Assembly (NCBI GenBank): GCA_019057815.1
Contig: JAHLWR010000041.1
Location: 1-11,846, forward strand
DNA: 11,846 nt
From: Candidatus Heimdallarchaeota archaeon
GTDB taxonomy: Archaea; Asgardarchaeota; Heimdallarchaeia; Heimdallarchaeales; Heimdallarchaeaceae
Reading direction: 5' to 3'
Numbering within the stretch: position 1 is the stretch's first letter; each line of letters opens with the position of its first letter. Shown one piece after another: positions 1 through 5,760 of the stretch. The notes under the pieces were generated by a model that did no database searches, was not told where the DNA came from, and was given only the letters and a program-made list of their open reading frames with translations. The position numbers and the translations under genes were made by a program.

Positions 1-1
1 T

Positions 2-862
2 AATTCTGCAGTTGCTAACAACACTTGTAACAGCAATGGCGAGGGCATCAAGCTTCGATTTTCTGGGAGTTCGACGGTTGCAAACAACACGTGCTACAAC
101 AATGGGGATGGTATCTATCTTTACGATTCTGAGAGTTCTACTGTCCTTAACAACACTTGCAGCGACAATGGGGATGGTATCAAGCTTGAGTCTTCTGATA
201 GGTCTACAGTTGTTAATAACACTTGTAGCAACAACCACAGAGGTATCAAGCTTGAGTCTTCTGATAGGTCTACGGTTGTTAATAACACTTGTAACAGCAA
301 CGACTGGGAAGGCATCTATCTTTTCAATTCTTTTGGTTCAACTGTTGTTAACAACACTTGCAGCAATAACAACTTGGGCATCTTTATTGATGATTCTGAT
401 CGTTCTACTGTTACCAGAAACACTTGTAGCAACAATCACGACTGTGGCATCGAGCTTTACGATTCTAGTTATTGTGTTGTTACTTATAATCTTCTACAAG
501 AAAACGTTGGTTATGGAGTGTACATATTTACTGGTTCTGGCGGTAATCTTATTCACCATAATACCTTTGTAGGCAATAGTCTAGGAGGAACTTCACAAGC
601 ATATGATAGTGCATATAAGAACGTCTGGTATGACCCTGAGACAAAAGAAGGGAATTATTGGTCCGACTGGTCAGGTACAGGTTCTTATTCTATTGATGGT
701 TATACTGGTTCAGAAGATCTCTATCCTCTCGATGAACCTGCTGAATATTCAGTTGAATCTACTACAGATGAAAATCAATTAAACTTTACAATTACTCTCA
801 TAATGTTAGTAGTTCCCTTAATGCTTACAAGGATAATCTCAAAGAAGTCAAAGAAAAAATAG
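2..862 (+). CDS. Right-handed parallel beta-helix (NosD/CASH-like) repeat surface protein with C-terminal membrane anchor, 5'-partial
   Basis: The frame of track ORF 374..862 stays open back to base 2 and reads NSAVANNTCNSNGEGIKLRFSGSSTVANNTCYNNGDGIYLYDSESSTVLNNTC..., i.e. 22-23 aa repeats of GIxLxxSxxSTVxNNTCxxN. These are followed by a cap region (HHNTFVGN...AYD...NVWY...GNYWSDW...DLYPL), a hydrophobic helix and a KKSKKK tail. The TTG at 374 is internal. Confidence 0.9.
   Translation, partial: NSAVANNTCNSNGEGIKLRFSGSSTVANNTCYNNGDGIYLYDSESSTVLNNTCSDNGDGIKLESSDRSTVVNNTCSNNHRGIKLESSDRSTVVNNTCNSNDWEGIYLFNSFGSTVVNNTCSNNNLGIFIDDSDRSTVTRNTCSNNHDCGIELYDSSYCVVTYNLLQENVGYGVYIFTGSGGNLIHHNTFVGNSLGGTSQAYDSAYKNVWYDPETKEGNYWSDWSGTGSYSIDGYTGSEDLYPLDEPAEYSVESTTDENQLNFTITLIMLVVPLMLTRIISKKSKKK
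176..293 (+). repeat. Near-perfect tandem duplication (66-bp period) inside the beta-helix coding repeats
   Basis: ggtatcaagcttgagtcttctgataggtctac(a/g)gttgttaataacacttgta occurs at 176-227 and 242-293, identical at 51 of 52 nt. More degenerate 66-69 bp units run from about 2 to 450. Confidence 0.95.
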
Positions 863-964
863 AGCAGAGGATGAGAAGAACCTTTTCTAGAATACTAACA
901 ATTCTTGAAGATTGATGTTCTAAGAGTTCTTCCATCATAAGAGATTCTAACCCTTAAACAATTA

Positions 965-983
965 TTTTTTTCTTTATTTTTTT
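965..983 (+). terminator. Oligo-T tract between convergent genes, candidate archaeal-type intrinsic terminator
   Basis: tttttttctttattttttt lies about 100 nt downstream of the beta-helix stop and just beyond the stop of the convergent gene. Confidence 0.45.
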
Positions 984-991
984 ATTATAAT

Positions 992-1579
992 TTATTTAAT
1001 TCTTCGTTTCCTTAGATACACAAAAGAAACCAACACTAAAAAACTCAAAGTAGAAGCGAAACCATTTGTTAGTTCAGTATCATTATTACTTGTTTCCGTA
1101 TTAGTTTCTGTTATAGTAGTAGCTGTTTGTATAGGAATTTGAATGTAATATTCTCCAGGAAGAGGTTCAACTATATTATCTATACTCAAGAAATCTAAAG
1201 AATCAGGCACAATTACTGAACTATAATTCTCATATACAATCATTATGTGGTAACCTAAAACTGACCCTTCTGGGTATGTTACGTTAAATATTCCACTAAA
1301 TATATTCGGACTAATCTTCTCCATCTCAATTGGAGCTGAACACACGAAATCCGGTGATAATTGACATAGTAAGAGTCTTATATTGAGGATTTCAGTCTGA
1401 TCATAAAAATCGATTGTAACATTAAGATTCATTCCTGTGCTGATAGTTTCAGGTGAATGCTGAATTGTCGTAATTCCATAATCCTTTGCGTAGGCTGTCA
1501 TACCTTCATTTTGGAAAAGAACTAAAATAAGTATAAAAACAAATAAACTAATAGAATATATTTTAGAATTTTTTTTCAT
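992..1579 (-). CDS. Small secreted, C-terminally anchored protein with a beta-rich (probably Ig-like) domain carrying a C-x7-C pair
   Basis: The ATG at 1579 is separated by 1 nt from the upstream stop at 1581. The protein has a signal peptide (MKKNSKIYSISLFVFILILVLF...AYA), only two Cys (LLLCQLSPDFVCSAP), a Thr-rich linker, then NGF, a TM helix and RKRRIK. Confidence 0.85.
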   Translation of the reverse strand: MKKNSKIYSISLFVFILILVLFQNEGMTAYAKDYGITTIQHSPETISTGMNLNVTIDFYDQTEILNIRLLLCQLSPDFVCSAPIEMEKISPNIFSGIFNVTYPEGSVLGYHIMIVYENYSSVIVPDSLDFLSIDNIVEPLPGEYYIQIPIQTATTITETNTETSNNDTELTNGFASTLSFLVLVSFVYLRKRRIK

Positions 1580-1580
1580 C

Positions 1581-2864
1581 TTAAGTTCCAATGAAAAATT
1601 CGAGTAATAAATATATTCCTACACCAATAATTAAAGCGCCACTAACCTTCTTAATAACTGAAGTGGAAGCTTTTAGTTTTTGAAGAATAGCATCTTTTGA
1701 GATACTAAGTAGTATAGTTGTACCTATCATTAATAGTAAAACAGTCAAAATGAAAGCTAAATATGCAAAAATCATTTTGATTATACTATCTTGAGAAGAG
1801 ACTTGTAGACTAAAGGCAAGGAAGATAGGAGCATTACAACCTAATGAGGCTATCCCATAACCTAAACCATACAAGAAAGTACTGGTAATTTTAGCTCTTA
1901 CTGAGGTTTTAGAATCTTCTTGAACATATTTCATTTGCTTTTTCCTAATCCATCCCAATATTCTAGAAAATGTTAGTGAATAATTAGTAAACATAAAAAT
2001 ACCTAGGATAAGAAAAATACCTCCAATTATAGGCAAAGCATACACAATATAGGGCATAATAGCGTTTCCAACAGCGCTTACAATTATTCCTAGAATTAGA
2101 TAACTAATTAAAATTCCTATGCCTCCAAACAATCCTAGAATTCCAAAAAATAGATGACTACTCCGTTGTTTATCAGTGCTCTCTTTATCTTCCATCTCTT
2201 TCTTATCGTTTGCATCAATATTTAGAATATGAGCAAGGTAGCTTGGTAGTAATGGAAACGAACAAGGTGAAAAGAAAGAAGATATCGCTACTATGATTGC
2301 AAAACCGATAATTACTCCTTGATAGCTTATTAAGGTTTGAGTTTTTCTAGAACCCTCTAGAGTTTCCAGAACAACGGTTTTTAATTCTTCGTAAGAAATA
2401 ACGCCTTCATTGTCTAAAGTAATCCCGCTTTCAGAATTTAAGATGATGATTGTTGGAAGATTGATTACTCCAAAATCAGTTTGCATACTTGGAGGAGCTT
2501 GAACGAATTTCCAAGTTATATTGTAAGATGTAGCATATTCTATCATCTGTTCGTGTGTTGTACCATTATATACTTCAATAGATACGATCTCTAGATTATC
2601 TTTAAGTTCAGGTTCTTCGAGCAAAGAGATAAACCGTGGATACATAAGTTTGCAAGGTCCACACGAATAGCTCATGAAATCAAGTATAACTACCTTAGGC
2701 TGCAGAGATTCTATTGTAAAAACAGTTTTTTCAATAGTTTCAAGGGTATAATTAGGAGCTTCTGTTAATTCCTCACCTTGTGATTGAATTATAAAATATA
2801 ATCCTACAGCTCCCCCAATAATAAGAACTGAAATTATTAAGATAGATACTTGACTCTTTTTCAC
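1581..2864 (-). CDS. Fusion of an N-terminally anchored TlpA/redoxin-like thioredoxin domain to a CcdA (DsbD-beta-like) transmembrane electron transporter
   Basis: GTG start and N-terminal TM helix. The thioredoxin domain has APNYTL...VVILDFMSYSCGPC...NLPTIII. Six hydrophobic segments follow, with the CcdA Cys motifs SFFSPCSFPLLPSY and SLGCNAPIF and the C-terminal KKVSGALIIGVGIY. Confidence 0.92.
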   Translation of the reverse strand: MKKSQVSILIISVLIIGGAVGLYFIIQSQGEELTEAPNYTLETIEKTVFTIESLQPKVVILDFMSYSCGPCKLMYPRFISLLEEPELKDNLEIVSIEVYNGTTHEQMIEYATSYNITWKFVQAPPSMQTDFGVINLPTIIILNSESGITLDNEGVISYEELKTVVLETLEGSRKTQTLISYQGVIIGFAIIVAISSFFSPCSFPLLPSYLAHILNIDANDKKEMEDKESTDKQRSSHLFFGILGLFGGIGILISYLILGIIVSAVGNAIMPYIVYALPIIGGIFLILGIFMFTNYSLTFSRILGWIRKKQMKYVQEDSKTSVRAKITSTFLYGLGYGIASLGCNAPIFLAFSLQVSSQDSIIKMIFAYLAFILTVLLLMIGTTILLSISKDAILQKLKASTSVIKKVSGALIIGVGIYLLLEFFIGT

Positions 2865-2886
2865 AATACTTCGAAATATATTGGGT

Positions 2887-2900
2887 TATTTATATTTTCT
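2887..2900 (-). promoter_or_regulatory. Putative archaeal BRE-TATA promoter giving a leaderless or near-leaderless mRNA for the Trx-CcdA gene
   Basis: The minus strand reads AGAAAA-TATAAATA, ending about 23 nt before the GTG at 2864. No Shine-Dalgarno sequence precedes the GTG. Confidence 0.6.
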
Positions 2901-2901
2901 G

Positions 2902-2930
2902 AAAAGAGAAAAAAAAAAGAAGAATGAAAA
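2902..2930 (-). terminator. U-rich terminator-like tract immediately after the stalked thioredoxin gene
   Basis: The minus strand reads TTTTCATTCTTCTTTTTTTTTTCTCTTTT directly after the TAG at 2931. Confidence 0.6.
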
Positions 2931-4307
2931 CTATTTTCTCTTTCTATAAGCAACAGTTCTTCTTAGCGCGAAAACAATTGTAAAAAGTATTAAGATCCCT
3001 ATACTGATGTAGCCTGCTTCAGTTGTAGTTTCTGTTGCCAATGTTGTAGTTGTTTCTATAGATGTGGTAGTTTCAGTTGTTGTGGTTGTTGTGGTTGTTG
3101 TTTCTTCTGGAGGTTCCTCAAGTATTGTTTCTTCAACCACTAGATTCCCTGCAACGTCTTCGAACACAAGTAATATAGTAAATTCATGAGGTGCACCCAT
3201 ACTATAAAGCATGTTAACCGAAGCTTGCAAGTGAGATGAATTGTATTCTGTGAAAATGGTATTTCTTATAAGAACATCATCAATATAGAACTCTAACCTT
3301 GCTGTTGTTAATAGAAGATCTTCTGTAATTTCTGCGAGTATTTCAACTTTATACATTGTTTCTGTTAATTCAGTAAGAGTAATGTTATAGCCACCCAAAA
3401 CCGGTGGTCCTGCGTCAAAGTAGGGAGTAGAAGACGATACAATTGTTGAAGATATGTTATAATTTTCAAAATAGTCTAAGGCATCAATATAAACACTAAA
3501 AGTATCAATTCCATAAAGATACTCTGGTAAAATTGTTATGGTTTCGTTTATGATGAAACTTCCATTTAATTTAGTTGGAGTGAGTTTTTCAATAATAGTA
3601 TGGATACCTGCATTTATGTGAGCATACGAACTTTTTACATTCCTATCATCAGTGATATTAGCGTAGAGGTTGAAGCTTGGGTTGAATATAGATATTTCTG
3701 TAGTGTTTGTTATTGCTAGTTCAGTAAATGCTGGTTTTTGAGTATCATCAGGTAAATATCCTTGTATGATTGGCATCATTGTATCATACCAGAGTTCGTC
3801 ACTTATCCCCGCGTCTAAATATTGAATTACGCCTGAAGGATCAATGATAACAAATGTTGGAATAAATCCAGTACCATAAATATTACTAACAAGATTATTG
3901 ACTTCTATTCCAACAATCCAGTCCATACCGCGAGATTTTCGGAAAGCTGAAACTTGAGCTTCTGTTTCAGTTTCATCGACATCAATTGATATAACTTGCA
4001 GCATACTTTCAGGATACATCAGATATAATTCTCGGATGAAAGGCATAGAAATTTCACAAGGACCACACCATGTAGCCCAAAGATCTAAGAATATGACTTT
4101 TCCGTAAAAATCACTTAAACTGTGATTAACCCCTGTATCTACGTCTACAATCCAAAAATCTTCAGCTGATTCACATACTGATATATTGAGCTGGTTTTCT
4201 TGATCATTGTAATAGATACTTGTATGTGCAAAACTTGCAAAGCTGGTTGCTATTATTATTGTACCTAGAAAGATAAACAATAACGCAATTTTTTTCTTAT
4301 CATTCAT
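2931..4307 (-). CDS. Secreted TlpA/ResA-like thiol-disulfide oxidoreductase on a beta-rich stalk, with Thr-rich linker and C-terminal membrane anchor
   Basis: Signal peptide, then SLSDFYGKVIFLDLWATWCGPC and the cis-Pro motif GFIPTFVIID. Two Ig-like-looking modules begin DDTQKP and FDAGPP (ANITDD...V and AEITED...L; IDALDYFEN and FEDVAGN). The protein ends with poly-Thr, AGY, a TM helix and RKRK. Confidence 0.92.
   Translation of the reverse strand: MNDKKKIALLFIFLGTIIIATSFASFAHTSIYYNDQENQLNISVCESAEDFWIVDVDTGVNHSLSDFYGKVIFLDLWATWCGPCEISMPFIRELYLMYPESMLQVISIDVDETETEAQVSAFRKSRGMDWIVGIEVNNLVSNIYGTGFIPTFVIIDPSGVIQYLDAGISDELWYDTMMPIIQGYLPDDTQKPAFTELAITNTTEISIFNPSFNLYANITDDRNVKSSYAHINAGIHTIIEKLTPTKLNGSFIINETITILPEYLYGIDTFSVYIDALDYFENYNISSTIVSSSTPYFDAGPPVLGGYNITLTELTETMYKVEILAEITEDLLLTTARLEFYIDDVLIRNTIFTEYNSSHLQASVNMLYSMGAPHEFTILLVFEDVAGNLVVEETILEEPPEETTTTTTTTTETTTSIETTTTLATETTTEAGYISIGILILFTIVFALRRTVAYRKRK
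3076..3101 (-). repeat. 9-bp tandem unit encoding the poly-Thr linker
   Basis: The + strand reads gttgttgtg-gttgttgtg-gttgttgt, within the EETTTTTTTTTETTTS linker. Confidence 0.7.
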
Positions 4308-4348
4308 AGACTATCTGAAAATGTAAGTTATATCTGAACTTTTTCTAG

Positions 4349-4360
4349 AAACAAAAAAAA
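4349..4360 (-). terminator. T8-containing tract downstream of the NTPase gene, candidate terminator
   Basis: The minus strand reads TTTTTTTTGTTT about 32 nt after the stop at 4393. Confidence 0.45.
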
Positions 4361-4392
4361 CATTTCACGCGAAAAGCGTTTATACACTTAAA

Positions 4393-4926
4393 TTAGGGAT
4401 TTACAAACAATTTAAGATGTTCTTCAATGCTTTTGCAAAACTTTTCAAGGGTTTGTTTGGACGGGTATTTCTTGATTTCCAAGGTTCCCTTGGGAACAAT
4501 AGCTAAGAGATTTAGAATTTTACTCTTAACATCTTCTCTAATGCATAAAATCATAAGCTTCTTATCGCTTTTTTTCACGATTTCTACTACTTCATGTATT
4601 GAAGTATATAATCCCTTTCCTTTGCTTTCTAACAACCCTAGTTCGTCTATAATTATAACATTAGATAACAACGATCTTCTAATAACTCTGTTTCCAAAAT
4701 CTAAGGATTTTTGGGAGAAAACAAATTTACCAATCTTTTCTCCTATCAAATCCCCTTCCTGGAAAAAATTACTACGTTGACCAGTCTCTAAATCTAAAAA
4801 AAACCTTTCTTCTTGACCTTGAATGATTAACCCAAAAACCTTATAATTTTCTTTTAAAACCTCTGATAAATCAAATAAAAAAGTAGATTTTCCTGTTCCT
4901 TTCTTTCCCGTTATGACAAAGAACAG
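4393..4926 (-). CDS. THEP1/NTPase_1-family P-loop nucleoside triphosphatase (177 aa if initiated at CTG 4926)
   Basis: The frame of track ORF 4393..4749 is open upstream to a TAG at 4959-4957. It reads (L/M)FFVITGKKGTGKSTFLFDLSEVLKENYKVFGLIIQGQEERFFLDLETGQRSNFFQEGDLIGEKIGKFVF..., with Walker A GKKGTGKST, IGKF and Walker B VIIIDELGLLE. The start position is inferred. Confidence 0.88.
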   Translation of the reverse strand: MFFVITGKKGTGKSTFLFDLSEVLKENYKVFGLIIQGQEERFFLDLETGQRSNFFQEGDLIGEKIGKFVFSQKSLDFGNRVIRRSLLSNVIIIDELGLLESKGKGLYTSIHEVVEIVKKSDKKLMILCIREDVKSKILNLLAIVPKGTLEIKKYPSKQTLEKFCKSIEEHLKLFVNP

Positions 4927-4939
4927 TTTCTTCCACCGC

Positions 4940-5575
4940 CTATTGTTGAGATGACACTATTTCTAACCAAGATTCAAGAATATGAACCAATCCTTTTGCT
5001 CCTGCATCAACAACATTAGCATCTTTTAGAACTTTTAGCATGTCTTTTGTCTTTGCAAGAGTGGATTTTCCTATTTCTACAAGTGTAGTCATGAAATCAA
5101 CCCAACTAATATCAGGATTTTCAATGATAAGTTCTTTTGATCTCTCTGTTATAACCTTCATAATTGTTAGAATGGTACCTTCAGTAGGATTAAGTATTGC
5201 ATCATAAGCCATTTCAGTACCTTCATCTAGTGCTTTAGAAAAGTCCTTAGGAGTAGTATTAGTTTTTCCTTCTAACGCCTCCACAACTCCAATCAAGAAC
5301 TGGGAATAAATTACTCCTGAATTTCCTTTTGCACCAACAAATGCACCTTTTGAAATTGCTGAGATAATTGAATCATGATCATCATCTTCTGCTAGATTAT
5401 CAACTTCATCGACTATAGCTTTAATTGTATAAAAAAGATTATTTCCTGTGTCCCCATCTGGTATTGGGAAGACATTTATGGCGTTTATGTTTTCTTTCTC
5501 AATAGCTATAATTTCTTGACTTTTTTCCATCATTTTCTTTAGTAAAACAGTTCGTATATTTTTCGTATTAAACAT
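4940..5575 (-). CDS. Stand-alone DAK2 domain protein of the FakA/YloV (fatty-acid kinase A) N-terminal type
   Basis: Motifs INAINVFPIPDGDTGNNL, GAKGNSGVIYSQF, PTEGTILT and LKDANVVDAGAKG. The ATG at 5575, preceded by GGTGAG with a 7-nt spacer, is preferred over 5641 and gives 211 aa. Confidence 0.9.
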   Translation of the reverse strand: MFNTKNIRTVLLKKMMEKSQEIIAIEKENINAINVFPIPDGDTGNNLFYTIKAIVDEVDNLAEDDDHDSIISAISKGAFVGAKGNSGVIYSQFLIGVVEALEGKTNTTPKDFSKALDEGTEMAYDAILNPTEGTILTIMKVITERSKELIIENPDISWVDFMTTLVEIGKSTLAKTKDMLKVLKDANVVDAGAKGLVHILESWLEIVSSQQ

Positions 5576-5760
5576 TATATATCTCACCAACAAGGTTACA
5601 TTCTTTTCTATTTCCACTTCTTTAAAAATATTATCATGCAATAATTATTATTAGTTTTTTTTGCTGAAATAGTTACTGTTTCACGTGATAGTATATATGT
5701 AATTAATCACATACAAATCTTTTAAAAAAGCAAACTTCAGATTTACTCAAGGTTACAAAT
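5576..5760. promoter_or_regulatory. Divergent promoter region (DAK2-NTPase versus GH57-glgA)
   Basis: AT-rich intergenic stretch with TTTAAAAA at 5721-5728 (+), TTTTTAAA at 5628-5621 (-) and a central palindrome TCACGTGA at 5681-5688. Confidence 0.55.

Noticed and set aside
2-450. Regularly spaced repeats as a CRISPR array or a DGR template/variable repeat (AAC-rich)
   Set aside because: The units are in-frame, degenerate protein repeats without unique spacers. Differences are not confined to adenines, and no cas or reverse transcriptase gene is in the window.
12-572. 186-aa hydrophobic, repetitive ORF on +, and the 64-aa ORF 121..315 on -
   Set aside because: These are shadow frames kept open by the 66-bp coding repeat. 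The frame starting at base 2 gives a recognisable beta-helix continuous with 374..862.
888-922. Weak inverted repeat (TAGAA...CAAT...ATTG...TTCTA) in the convergent intergenic region
   Set aside because: It is AT-rich and interrupted, and cannot be told apart from chance without folding statistics.
4427-4780. 117-aa ORF on +
   Set aside because: It is the antisense shadow of the NTPase gene and has no motifs.
5576-5641. 22-aa N-terminal extension of the DAK2 protein given by the ORF track
   Set aside because: The ATG at 5575 has a GGTGAG ribosome-binding site and matches the domain start, and the extension overlaps the likely promoter.
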